From Azolla caroliniana (Eukaryota > Plantae > Polypodiophyta), in assembly GCA_043228905.1 (NCBI GenBank), contig JBHGNT010000001.1, positions 3,906,001 to 3,970,000 of the forward strand: a stretch of 64,000 nucleotides of DNA. The letters are read 5' to 3'. Below the pieces are notes generated by a model. The model saw only the letters and a list, made by a program, of their open reading frames with translations, was not told the DNA's origin and ran no database searches. Position numbers and translations under genes: made by a program. Positions 36,427-51,700 of this stretch are shown here, in pieces. How positions within the stretch are numbered: the stretch's first letter is position 1; each line of letters begins with the position of its first letter.

Positions 36427-39400
36427 CTACACAACGATCAGATGAAAGCTTCCTTCAGGGAATTCTGACTTCAAAGCATCCACTGCCGTATGTACTCTAA
36501 CAATGTTCTGCATTTGATAGGTAAAATTCATATGATAAAAATGTTCTTTCACTTCAAAAACTAAACCTAAACTTCTCCATGTTTTGACATGAAAAAAGAA
36601 ATTTAAATCAGACAAACAAATAACCTTTCCCAAGGTGATAGGGGGCTCCCAAGAGACTCGATTTCAGAGATAATAATGTAGCAAATTTCATTAGTAAGCA
36701 CCAACCAAAATGACAGAAATGGATTCAGATTACAGTTCACACGACTTTCAGCATGCTCATCAATTACATATGAACGTCCTCACAGAGTTGCATTTTATAT
36801 CAGAAACAAGAAGTGAGAATTGTTTTCAAGTTATAATATCAAATGCAGCCATAAATTATGGAGTGCGATCTTGAGTTCATAAACATATTCCCAAAATCAT
36901 GCAATTTCGGATTATGCCATCTTCTTTACTTTGTCAGTTACTGACATTGGATGGTTTCCTAACTTTGACCTATGGGTTTAGAAGACAAGGATCTGAAATT
37001 TTCCTCATGCATCGCAATCAGTGAATGTTGTCATCCCCCAATCAATGTTAACAGAATAACCATGGCACCCCCTATATTCTTTCCGCCAAATGGAGGGTTA
37101 GAATAGTAAATGCCACCCCATGATCAATAAATACATCTAGTAAATTGCATGACCTACTCAACAGAACCAACTACGTTACGATCGCCTTTTTCTGTTCACA
37201 ATGTCACTAAGAGGATAGGTACATATCTTTCTAATGTCTAGGGGAGACTGAGTGTGATCTAGGAGACGGGGCCTAGCCCATGGAACGTGAGCAAAAGGTG
37301 ACAAGTTGCAAATGGTGAGTTGTGGCCATACTCAATTGATGTTTTCATTTTAAGATCATACTACTGAGAAAACTTAAGAAATAGTACTAGTAAATGAATA
37401 CAATGATGACAATAAACAAGGACGCATAGAAATTGAATTCGGGTGTAGTTTACCGTGCCAACAAATGTTAACACTAAACGAGTTGGTTTATCCAAGCCAT
37501 TTATCCTTCTTGTTATTGATTCGCGGTAACAACCTGCCAGAAATTTACATCTCTTGATTAGACAAAAGACTGTTCTCTTAGAATAAGACATCAAAAATTA
37601 ATGCTTTTAGATACAAAGGTGGAACTTAATAGCACACCGACAGAAATATCTGGGTATTCTGTGCATATCCTTGCAAATGAACCAGCAAGCTCCAACTGTA
37701 ATGAGTGAAAAGAATTTTCATTTCAATGCCCCTTTTGGTTTATTGATATCTAGGTAGCACATGCTCTTTTTTTCATAAAATAGAAAAGAGCTGTGCATTT
37801 CAAAAAGAGAATTTGCATTGGGCTTATTCTTTCTTCGCATGGCTTAATGGATGCAAGAGGTATCTGTTCTGAAAAGGCAATTTTTCTTGGCAAGGAATTG
37901 AATAAAACATCAAAACAAGAGACAGAAAGTAACCTCTGGGACACTTGTGTGTAACTTAACAGATATAAACTGTTGTTTGATTTCCAGCAAGTCTGTGCAT
38001 TTGCTTAATTCTAATAAGCATTGCCATTGTAAGCCCAATTCATCAACGGTCGTGCCAGACAGTACAAAAACATTTCTGCACTTAATCTGAAAATATATAC
38101 ACCAAACCAAAGATTCAGTATATGAAATAAGACAAGCAAAAATATAACAGAATTTGCAAAGCTTAGAATAATGCAGGCATTTTGCTAAGTAGATATATCT
38201 TTGTTTCTTTATATATTGTTTCAATTTGCTCATATATATTAGTTGAACCTTGCACTAAATCTAAAAGCCCTTGGAACACTTTTATACATCAGAGAAATCA
38301 TCTAAAAGCATCATGACGTACAGGTTATGTAAATGTTAGACCATGAGTAATAAGTTTGATTTTGGAAATATTATGTACAAATTTCCAGTTTCCTAAATAT
38401 ACATGAATCAAGTATGACATACCACAGGAACTGATAAATCTTTATGATGCCACAATTCTGTAATTCCTTCTGGCAACCTTGCCATCTTCAGTCACAAAAA
38501 CAGCAGCTATATTACATCCCATCACTTGCAAAAAATGAGTTTCTGAATTCATTTTACATAGACATGAAATGAATGAACTCAACCTTGTTCTGATCACCAG
38601 GACAAAGCTCCCCTACTTGCTGCCTGAGAAACTCCTCAAATTCTTCATCTGGTGCCTGTAGTTCAAATTTGTATAAAAGAAAAAAGAAAAAAGGGCAATA
38701 TCTTACAAATGAAGGAAAGAGAGAGCATGAAATCCAACCAATCGAACCCCGAAGGCCTTAGCCACACCCGCTAATGAAACATCAGGATGCATTGGGCCTA
38801 CGCCGCCAGCAACAAATACCTACATAGAGAAACATTGAACTACCATCTAAAACAAAGAAACAGCATAAATATATATGTTGATTGATACTTATATCGGTAT
38901 TAATGCATGTACATTAAAAGAAATGCCTTACAATTCAATGTACATCTGAATACTTCACGGACATGTACATAATTTCATGTAAGGTATTACTACTTGTACA
39001 TCTGACTAATTCAATTTGCCTTCCCAGCATTTTCTAGCTTCATTATTTATTTCATATAGCTTGAACTCTTTAGTATTATATAGCTTCTTTAAGATTTTTC
39101 TAGCTTCGATTCTTTACTTGTGCAGCTACTTTAACCATACTTTTATAGATATCATAATGGATGACGTGATCCTTCCAAGCAATGAAATGTCTTACAAGAT
39201 CATTAGCTTTTGATCGTTGTTCAACTTCTTCTGCAATTGCATCAATCTGGCAAATTGAACCAATATAATTCTTTCAAGTTTATAACATAAGCAACTCCCA
39301 TTATTTTAATAGGGCAGTAAAACGAACATCATTTGAGATTGTTACTCGATGCGTCACAGCCCAACCAATTGAGTGGAGTTTCTTATTAAGGAAAGGACCC

Positions 39401-42025
39401 AATTGATCTTCGATTTCTCCCCGCCTGGATATAATAGGATGATTATAAACAAAGTGATGATGCTTCATTCACCTGTACCAAAAATCATCAAGAAAAAAAT
39501 AAACAAAAAAACACATACAGGATTTCATCACCTACAACCAGAATTGATGCTGCCAATAGGCTTTTCGCGCACAGTTCAGTATTACAATTGGTAGTGGCTT
39601 TCTTTTTTTCCACCTGCTTTTTCGACCTTCCAGCCCTTTCTAACCTTCCATCTCGCAACATATATGCTGGCTTGTAGAATCCATTTTTTTTCTGCTCTAT
39701 ACCTTGAATATCATGGCTATCGATACCCAATGCTGCATTAGGAACTGTATCATGAATGCTTCCAATTGATGTGTACCTTGCATTGACATTTTCATCTCTA
39801 TTAGGCATGTCAGAAGCTCACAAGGAAAACCAATCATGCTAACCTTACCCTTGGTCATAAAGCTTACAGTATGGAACATGGCAAGCCAATAAAAATGCCC
39901 ATACATCTCTGAATTAGAAAATTCTTTTGTTAGCTCACTATTTTAGAAAACAAATTATTAGCAAGCAGTTCATTGCGATAGAGATAAGGAACCTGTATGA
40001 CCAATCCAAAATTGGATTTACACGCATAAAGGGAGGCCATCCAATTGAGCTTGGAGAAAATTGTTCTTGACCCACCTTAGAGATCCGAAAGAAGAGATAT
40101 TCAGCATAATAAATCAATTTCATGACAGCAAATAGCAAAATATCACTTACTGCATTTGGATCCCCAATGCGAGTGCCAAGGAAAATTGCTTTAATTGGAT
40201 TTTTATTTAACAGTGCCTCTATCCCTGACTTGAAATCTAGTCTAATAATTTCCAATTCCAGATTATACCTGTCCAAGATATAAAAGCATGAGTTTCTGCA
40301 CATCTCAAAATACCCAAGAGGACTTGTAGCCATCCATCTGAGCATGGACTTTTCTAATAAGAGAAAGACTCACAATTTTGCTGTTTCATGGGTAAATGAA
40401 TCAATTTCTTCAAAAGCATCAGGACTTTCAAAATAAATTGTCCTGATTGGATAATGATCTTCAATTTCAGAATTTTCTCCATCAATAGAGCTTTGCTTAG
40501 CCCTAGCAGTAGAATAACCTGCCCTTAAAAGATGAAGCAAAACCTGTAAAAAAATCACAAACCAAGGACTTTTTGCTTTCTGATTATAATTAGACAAATA
40601 GGGCAGGTTTACTATACATCCCAAAGTTACCGTGGAGTCTTTGCCACCATTGAAACTAAATGCAAGCTCATCAAACCTGTTGAAGAAAGACTGAATTCAA
40701 TGAATGCCAAATAAAAACCTTACAATCAGCTACGAAATATGATAGATTGCACCATATGCAATGCAAAAAGAAGCAACTGATGTCAAACTGTGCTATGTGC
40801 TCAAGTTAATTAATGTCCTATTTTCACTAAATATATACACATCCATAATAGAAAAATATGATTATCTTACAAATTCCTACATGATATGGCATCATATGGG
40901 GCTTCCCCCGGCCAGACTTTTACCTCTGTAAAGGATAATGTATCACACCATAATATTTTGACCATTTATATTAATAGTTGTTTGAATCAGAGCAGAACAC
41001 TATTCTTCTGCAAATCAATTTAATAATATTGTACAACATTTTGGGCATGCATACTACATGGTGCATTGAAGGAGAAGACTTTTCATTATCAAATTTAAGG
41101 CTCAAAACAGATTCAAATTGATCTTACGTACTTCATGTCTAGAGGTAGGACGAAGTGCAATATCTCAGAATACAAGATTTTGGGCATATATAGTTGCTGC
41201 ATTAAGGCAGAACCCTTTTGATAAGGCCTAACACAGTCTTAATTGATCCTTCAATACTTTGTCTAATGATAAAAGAGGGTATTTTTATCTTTAAATATAT
41301 GATGACTCTTCATGTAAAGATATAATGAGAATAATTCTTTTCATGCTCAAAACAGGTCTAAATTTATCTTTAGATACATTAACACCTCCTTAAATTTTTT
41401 TGACATAAAGAATTTTCATCTTCATTGATAACACACATCTATGACTACAAAATTCATTGATTTGGACAACGGAAGTATGATCTCTATAGATTATAAATAA
41501 AAGAACTTCAGATGTTATGACATTTTGGGCAAGGCCCAACAGTCTTAATTGATCCCTTGATCAATTCTCTAATGATAAAAGACTGAATTTTTATTTTTCA
41601 GCATATGATAACTCTTTGTCATTATTGAGAAGAATCCTTTTTCTGCTCAAAACTGATTTAAATTGATCTTTAGATACTTTATCTCCTCCTTAGAATGTGT
41701 AGACGCAACAGAAGTATTTTCATCTCTATTGATCACATAAAAAAACATTCATCTTGAGTTGTGTAGGGATAAAGGAAGTCTTATATCTATAGATCATATA
41801 AAAAAAACTTCAGATGTTTCGATATTTTGGGCATATATAAATGCTGAATTTGAACCAGGAATCCTTTTCATTGCCAAATAAACATATTAATAAGGTTATC
41901 CCAAATCACTTATTCATAAGTTTGTCTGAAGGCGGGGGAACTGAGTCACTAGCAGAATCCTTGTTATAATTAAACTAAGCAATGTATTCTTACAATACTT
42001 ATTCATTGAAAAACACGTTACCTGG

Positions 42026-42063
<38 letters not shown>

Positions 42064-42168
42064 ATACTTGTATAGAGCGAGGGTGCGCTCAATGATGTAG
42101 AGAGCATGTTTACACTTGGCTTGAAGTCGCTTATCTCCACTCTCTTCAACTGCCTTCCATATCTCCAT
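36427..42168 (-). CDS. FAD synthase (PAPS-reductase-family FMN adenylyltransferase with C-terminal molybdopterin-binding/CinA-like domain), multi-exon
   Basis: MEIWKAVEESGDKRLQAK, AFSFNGGKDST-VLLHLL, KAIFLGTRIGDP, WPPFMRVNPILDWSY, YTSIGSIHDTVPN, ERAGR, ASILVVGDEIL, GGVGPMHPDVS; last exon ends HLIVV*. Confidence 0.93.
41095..41870. repeat. Degenerate tandem repeat of about 300 bp in FAD synthase intron 1
   Basis: ACAGTCTTAATTGATCC...CTAATGATAAAAGA...GCTCAAAAC...ATCTTTAGATAC at about 41233 and 41539, with a partial earlier copy at about 41100. Confidence 0.8.
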
Positions 42169-42209
42169 GTGCTCAGTAACAGTTCTGTTCCGGCAGAGAA
42201 ATAAACTAT

Positions 42210-42218
42210 AAACCCTAA
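42210..42218 (+). promoter_or_regulatory. Telo-box in FAD synthase 5' region
   Basis: AAACCCTAA about 42 bp upstream of the ATG. Confidence 0.55.
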
Positions 42219-43878
42219 GCCACAGAGACGCTAAAAGCACAGAGGAGATCCTTCTTTCATGTGTATGAGGATCTCTTCTGTGAGTATGAGGCGCCCATTA
42301 GAAACTCGTTAGAGTTTAAGCACAAGGCAGACACACAGACACACACAGAGTCTCTTCTCTTTACATCACACTCTTTCTATTCATTATCTGCCTCTCTTTC
42401 TTCTTCTTCTTTGTTTTGTTTTGTTGTGTTCTGTGTTTTTTTTTTGTTTTGAACTAAATTATGTGTCGTAGTCATTCATATAGAATGTATGAAGGAAGAT
42501 GGCCTTTGACAGTTTTGATTGTTCCTCTAAAGCATCTTGCAGCTTGTATCGGAGTCCTTTTATCTCCCTAATTTTCAATTTTCCCAATGATGTATTCGGA
42601 ACCCAGGCCTAATGATTGAGCTCCAAGTTCTTCGGGTCATTCATTTATATAGCCCTCCCAACTAAAGATCTTTTGCCTTTTATTGGACCCAATTTACGTT
42701 GATTAATTGCAAACCAATTATCCTTTTACGTAGTGCCTCCCTCCACATTCGTAGATCATGTGTCCTTTTAATGTATTTCCAACAAACATACGCTGAATTT
42801 TGATGAAAACAAATGATTGATTTGATTCATTGCATTTATTTTAATGTAAACTATGTTGGGCCTATTGCGTGTATGCCCATTTGGCATTGTTTTAACTTTT
42901 CATGGCCTTATTATTTTTATAGACAAGAATGAATCTCCACCCCTTTGTGCACCATGTGAGTAAGTACAAGGTCTCAATCACAACACAAAGACAAATACGA
43001 GGAAATGTAACAGCACTTGCTCCATGCCCATCTCATTAATACCCACTTTTTGAAATTGATAGGAAAGTTTCCGAGAAAGATGAGGTGATACTTCTGCCAT
43101 GTATTATACTTTGGTACTGATATTCAGGAACTTTCACTTTTGTGAATACTAACAAAGCTAGACATCCATGTCCAAATCAATTTTTCATGGTATGCTTTTA
43201 TTTTCATTTGCAACCAGCCTAGAAACACATTTTCACACATAATGTCACTGCCATAATTTTCATTGTTTGCCATTTGTAAATGCTTATGATGTTGGATTGT
43301 TGCTAAGCATGTATGCTAGTGTATTTGTTCCTACAGTTCCAAATGAATGACTTGCTATCAGATAGTTATGTTGATGGAATGAGTGCTACCATGTAGATGG
43401 ATGATGAGAGAATGGTTCAAGAAAAGGTTGGAAGAGTTCATTGGTATCGGTGTTAAGAATAAATTCTTAGGATTGCTTAATAAACATACTGGAATTAAAC
43501 GATCTCAGATGGTGAAGTACTTACCACCAAATTACCCATGGCATATTCCAATAAAAGATATTTTCCCAATTCTTTGGTTTAGAGAAGAAACTACAACATA
43601 CATATGACATCTAGATAATAATTGGTAAATTTGCTACTGGAAATTTATGTACAAAAGAAAGACCAAAGCGAAAATTGCACCGGAACTCAAATACACTGCT
43701 GTGATCAACAAAATGATAATATGATTGATTTCATCCCTTAGATGACAAAACATTCCATCACAAAACATCCCCAACTAAATTCTCTATGATTAGAGCTAAC
43801 ACTCTTCCTATGTAGCAGTATAATGCTATTTGAGCTATGCTTTTGTTAGGCATAGCATGTACATGCAACATACATAAC

Positions 43879-45694
<1,816 letters not shown>

Positions 45695-45769
45695 CACGAC
45701 GATACAGAGAAAGCCGAGGTCGTCTTGCACAGAAGAGGAGGGAATGCAGACAGATAGAGAGCACCTTCA

Positions 45770-45778
45770 AAACCCTAA
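45770..45778 (+). promoter_or_regulatory. Telo-box of RPS18
   Basis: AAACCCTAA about 76 bp upstream of the ATG, typical of plant ribosomal-protein genes. Confidence 0.7.
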
Positions 45779-45859
45779 ACAAAACCAGCAGCCCTTTTCA
45801 CATTCAAAAAGTCATCTTCTTCATTTCTCAACCTCGTTCATGGCGCCTCCATATAAGTA

Positions 45860-48465
45860 ACTCTTGAGTCTTGACTCACTCACTATCTTGACTTGACTTT
45901 ACATGACTTGCCTATCTTGACTTGCCTCCCAAGCCTGGAACCTTAGCCATGGTTCTTAGCCCGGAGCCTTCACTCAATTCATCGGTGGCCCCCAAATTGT
46001 TTTGCTTTAGTTTCTTACCAATGTCAAAATACGAACAGTAAATAATCCTAGACTTCTTGCTTCTCAACCTTTGTAGTTCGTAGTCGATTTTTGGCTCTCT
46101 TGCACTACTATTCTATCAGTCTCAAGTTTCAACATCATGCAATGTTCTGATGTCTATCACTCACTCTATTTATCTCAAACTAAGACTTGACGCTTTTGTC
46201 ATTTCCTCTCTGAACTTTTGTCGATCAATGAAGAATGTGAGAATAATTAGTTACCTCTTCACTTCAACGCAAAGGGTGTAAACCTAAAGCATATCCCACA
46301 ACACTTTTGCTTGATCAAGCGTGGGCCGATGTTGACCCTTTTGGATTTTTGTTTATAGGGCATGAGACAAAAGGAGAAAACCTAAAGGGCACCAAAGATA
46401 GTTGCTAGGGACAATGAGTGTGCACATTCAAATTCAAAGGGGTTCTTAGTCTTGCCATGGGCAAAGCCTTTATCCCGCTACTTATGTTAGGTCAAACTAA
46501 CCCAACATTCAAAAAATTAAAGGGTGTCAAACTAACACGGGGGTTTATAAGTAGCTTAGTTTCGTGTCATTTTTTATGTATAATATGCATTTTTTTGTGC
46601 CATTGTATCTTATCCAAGGGTGTGCAACATGATAGTCAAGCTTAAAGTATGACTTTTGCCTTCAAGGTGATGCTAAATAAAGAGATATATCTTTTTACCA
46701 TCCTTCAAAGGCCAATTGTGATCGATTTGTGAGAGCAACCATATGGTGATTATTAAACTTTCATTTTCTCAAGAGATAGATCAAAGCGATACAAATGTTT
46801 TAACTATAATAACATGATTTACAGAGACCACACACAACGACCAAAGATGATCATGTCCATAACAAAGAAAGTACTATTTTTTATATCCATGCATTGCTCA
46901 ATTAGGGAACATGTATAGTACCCATAAGGTAGAGTGCATACCCTAATTTTTGAGTCATCTAATTCATTTATGTTTCTTGTTGCAACTTGCAACTTGTTTT
47001 CTAACACATGGTCATAGATTGCCATCCAATGAACTCTTTACTAGACTAGGTGTAGATGATGTCAAGGTGAGTTTTTATTGCATCTCATTTTATGTTAGTG
47101 TATCCTACATAGCATTTATACACACATACATTATGAACACCATACCAATGCATCTATATATGTGCTAACCCGTGGGCATAATCACACATGAACGTCTAGC
47201 TTTTTTAATCTACGTTACTATGGGGTCACTCAATACCTTCACGATTTCAATAAGTTCCATTGTTGTAGACATTGCCATTGTGCAAGGAGATTTCCCAAAC
47301 ATCTCATGCACTCTTTTTAGCGATAATGAATGAAAAATTCCATTGGAGGCACACTCATTCAATTGTTTTCATGCACCTAGTGAGAAGCAAAGGAGGGTTC
47401 TTACGCTCCATGTTGTCATGTTTTTTTATTGATAGTTAAATATATCATGAAGATCTTTCATAAAGGAGATTTTGGATTTGGAAATAAAATTGTATGGTAT
47501 TCCTTTAGAGTTCTTTCCATGGTAACTACAATAAGAATATTCTCTCATTGTACCAATACAATTATTCTCTCTCTCTTTGGGTCAAGGGGTGCATTATGCA
47601 CATGTGCATGTGCACATGCACACACACGTGACACACATAGGAATTAAGTAAAATGAAGGATAACCTCTGTGCAAGATTACTTTTAATGTACTAAACACTA
47701 TGAAAATTATGATAAAAAAAGTGCTCTTATGCAAAGGTTCAAGGGGTGCACTATGCATGCATGGGTTATAAGATAGTCAAGTATTGTTCTTGATGAAGGG
47801 AAGGCTGAGTCTCACCTCCCGATGATGATCTCAGTATAGGCCGATTTTCTTCTAGATGAAAGCATTATATCCTCATTGACTAATTTGTAAAAAAACAACA
47901 ATGTAAGCCTTTTGTCGGTGTTGTTAAGCCATTGAAAAAAGACACATAACAACAACTTAGATTTGTTTCCAAAACGTCAATTTGGAACCGAAACTTGAAA
48001 ATGGATACTCTTGCATGACTATATCGTATTTTAGTAAGGATATTGATAAGCAAAATAGTGACAAACTATGGGAACCACTCATACGATAACAAGAATATCA
48101 CAACACCTGAATAATGTTGGTTTGTATTTCGACTAAAATCAATAGGCCAGATTGAAAAAGTCGGACAAACAGCTAAAATGTTGCTAGGACACATGGCATA
48201 TAAATGCAACGTACCCATTTTTTACTTCTAAACGTGGATCATGAAAGCTTCGGTGACCATGGGGTAGGAACTCAAGCTGAGGCTTCAGAGACCCAAGATA
48301 GGCAAGTCAAAGCCGAGACATCAAAGACCCAAGACCGGCAAGTCAAGTTGAGACTTTAGAGACCCAAGATAGGCAAGTCAAGCCGAGACTTCGGAGACCT
48401 AGAGGAGACAAGTCAAGGTGAGACTTCAGAGAGAGCCCGAGATAAGCAAGTCAAGCAGAGAGTCT
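45860..48465. mobile_element. Putative non-autonomous DNA transposon bounded by degenerate inverted repeats
   Basis: TGACTTGCCTATCTTG (45904-45919) is the reverse complement of CAAGATAGGCAAGTCA (48294-48309, 48365-48380). CCATGG and GGAGCCTTCA/TGAAAGCTTC blocks also mirror. No TSD identified. Confidence 0.55.
48279..48465. repeat. About 35-bp tandem array, 5 copies, in the PDC promoter
   Basis: Consensus GAGACTTCAGAGACCCAAGATAGGCAAGTCAAGCC. Confidence 0.9.
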
Positions 48466-48773
48466 ACGGATAAGGTGAGCAAAAGAGTGTTGGTAGAGGA
48501 TCAAATTGGTAAATTGAGAGAATGTGAGGAACCAATTTGTGGAGAGTTTGTCGCCGAACACCCCCATAAAAAACAAATAAAAGTAAGTTGCATGCGACTA
48601 TATATTCCATGGCAACTGAGAATAGCAACTTCTTCTCCTCCTCGTCTCGTTCACACATTCTCTGTACCCGTCGTCTCTGTCATCTCTACGATTAAGAAGA
48701 AAGTTAAAAGGCACAGCCCTAATCTCTTCAATCATTTAGTTTTTGTCGTCAAGAATTTGTGTTCAGCTCCCGC

Positions 48774-51700
48774 ATGGCATCCATTTTACATGGTGCTCAG
48801 TCCCCTGCTTCTCAAATCACCTCCATAATTGACGAAAATCTTCCCGCAAATGAAGCTCTCAACGAAGAAAAGCCTGAAAGAGATCCAGCTGCTGAGAACG
48901 GGGGTTCAAATGCCTCCTCAATCCTTCAAAATCAACATGAGAACATGTCTGGAGCCCTCAATAATGAAGCAAATCACCCTAAAGTTGGTCTAAGCTCGAT
49001 AATTACTAAGACGGGTGGGGCACAGCCTGACTTGATTAACCCGGTAAAACCTCTTTCGTCCGCAAAAGACACCCGAGTGGACAATACTAGTAGTCCGAAA
49101 AGACCCGGTGCCGATGGCGTAATAAGCCCCAAGAAGCCAGTGTTGGCCTTTTGCCCTGCACAACACTACCCCTATAACCGGATACAAAGCACATGTTCTT
49201 CGTTAGGTCGGTACTTGGCACGCCGTCTAGTCCAGATAGGCGTTTCTGATGTCTTCTCTGTGCCCGGAGACTTCAACCTAGTCCTCCTCGATCATCTTCT
49301 ATCGGAGCCAAGCCTTAATCTGATCGGTTGTTGCAATGAACTGAATGCTGGGTATGCCGCCGATGGCTATGCTCGTGCCAAAGGTGTCGGGGCTTGCGTT
49401 GTCACTTTCACCGTTGGTGGGCTCAGTATTCTAAATGCTATCGCGGGAGCCTATAGTGAGAATCTACCCGTTATTTGTATTGTTGGTGGCCCGAATTCTA
49501 ATGATTACGGGACCAATCGGATTCTTCATCATACCGTTGGTCTTCCTGATTTCAGTCAAGAGTTGCGGTGCTTTCAACAAGTTACTTGTTGCCAGGTATG
49601 CTAGATAAATTAACTCTTAGAGCTGCCATCTTGGGGTTTCTTGTTGATGGTTTGTGTTTGCTTTCTAATAGGAACTGGTGCTTTTGAATTTCTAAGGGAT
49701 TATATTAAGTGCCTGTCATGGTTAGAAGCATCTTGTTATTGATCTTTGTCTACTTTTTGTAGGATGTATTGCCTTTTGAGATTATAAAGGAGACATGTAA
49801 GTGCTTAAAAGAATCTTGCTCACTGTTTCTGGAGGATTTGTTTGCTTTGAATGCATATCCTTATGTAAAAGTGGAATCTCCTGAATATCTTCCCGTTATT
49901 AAGGCATCACATGGCCTACCATTCGAGTAAAACATATCAGCCTCATATTTCTTGCTGGTCTTTAGGCAATGAGAACCATAAACTGTTATGCAAGGATGAG
50001 GTATGCATTTGGATAGCACAGGAGAATGAATTGAAGCTCCACATTCAATTGGTCAGTAGCTGCATTAAATTGTGAAGGAAGAACAATGCACGTTATGCTA
50101 TGCATGGAGCCTCTGACATGCAGACTCTATTATTAATTAAACAGTCTATGGAATCCATGGTATATCTACTAGAGCTCCATGTTATTACATTATTGCCAAA
50201 GAAACTACCTTCTATTATCAAGCTTTCTGCGTTCTGTTGTACATTAGAAGCTAATCCTTGTTGCAAGTAGGAAACCTGAAACTAGTCAATTCAGGTCTAT
50301 GACAGTGCGTAGTAGTTAGTTGAATTTTCAACCCATTCTTGATACCATTTGTGAGTTGATTGAATTACCTACAGAATTTTTAGATGTCAGCCATAGTTGC
50401 TTCGAATTTGGTTAAATTATTGGTCTATCTTTTTACTCTATTCATGAATTGATCAAATTAAACATAATCTCGTAGTTTTTAGATGCCAGCTTTAAGCTTG
50501 TGTTTTCATTATTCTTATGACTCTTAAAATAGATGAAATCTGACCGGATAATTATTCAAGACATCAGTATGTTTTTTCATTATTCTTATCGCTTATCAAA
50601 ATATGGAATGTGGCCAGGTAACTATTCAAGACCTCGATACAGCTCACGAGTTGATTGATGGTGCCATCTCTACGGCGTTAAGAGAGAGCAAACCTGTTTA
50701 TATCAATATCAGCTGCAACTTGGCTGGTCTTCCCTATCCAACCTTTGGCATGGAACCTGTTCCTTATGTCATCAGAGAGGCGTAATACCAACAAAACCAT
50801 ATTTTCAATCATAATCCTCTTTATTTATTTGTATTTTCATTGTCATGATAGTAGGATAAACCTTGGGTACAAGAATTAAGACTTTAAGCATATGGATAGT
50901 TCTGAGCTTGGATATGATTTGCCTCCTTTTTATGTTGAACAGGTATAGTAATGCACAATGCTTGGAGGCAGCAGTGAACATTGCCGCCGACTTTCTTAAT
51001 GCAGCAGTGAAGCCTGTATTGGTGGGAGGTTCAAAGTTGAGGGTAGCAAGAGCAGAATCTTCCTTTGTAGAGCTAGCAGATTCATCTGGTTATGCAGTTG
51101 CAGTGATGCCGTCTGCGAAAGGCTTATTCCCGGAAACTCACCCACATTTCATGGGCACTTACTGGGGTGCTGTCAGTTCTCCTTTATGCGTAGAGATAGT
51201 CGAATCAGCAGATGCATATCTATTTGCTGGCCCTGTCTTCAATGACTACAGCTCTGTTGGTTACTCCCTCTTGTTCAAGAAGGAGAAAGCAGTTGTCGTT
51301 GAGCCCGATCGAGTCATCATTGGGAATGGTATTGCATTTGGTTGTATACTTATGAAGGATTTCCTTCGTTGCCTTGCAAAGAAAATCGTGAGAAATACAG
51401 CGGCTTATGATAACTATAAACGGATGTATGTACCGCCTGGTTTGCCTTTGAAATCTTCCCCGGATGATCCTTTGCGAGTAAATGTGCTGTTCCAGCACAT
51501 CCAGGTAAAACAAATATAACTACAAATATTATCATAATGTTCTAAAGGTTTTGAACCTTTGGAGCTTGTACTACAGTAAATGACATTTGTATGATTTCAG
51601 ACTTTTTTTGTTTCCTCCAGAGAATTCTGGATAAAAACACGGCTGTGATTGCAGAGACAGGGGACTCCTGGTTTAATTGTCAAAAACTACACCTACCTGA

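Noticed and set aside
50779-50785. GC-AG donor in PDC (GAG|GCGTAA)
   Set aside because: The canonical GT at 50782 keeps the frame with the acceptor at 50943.
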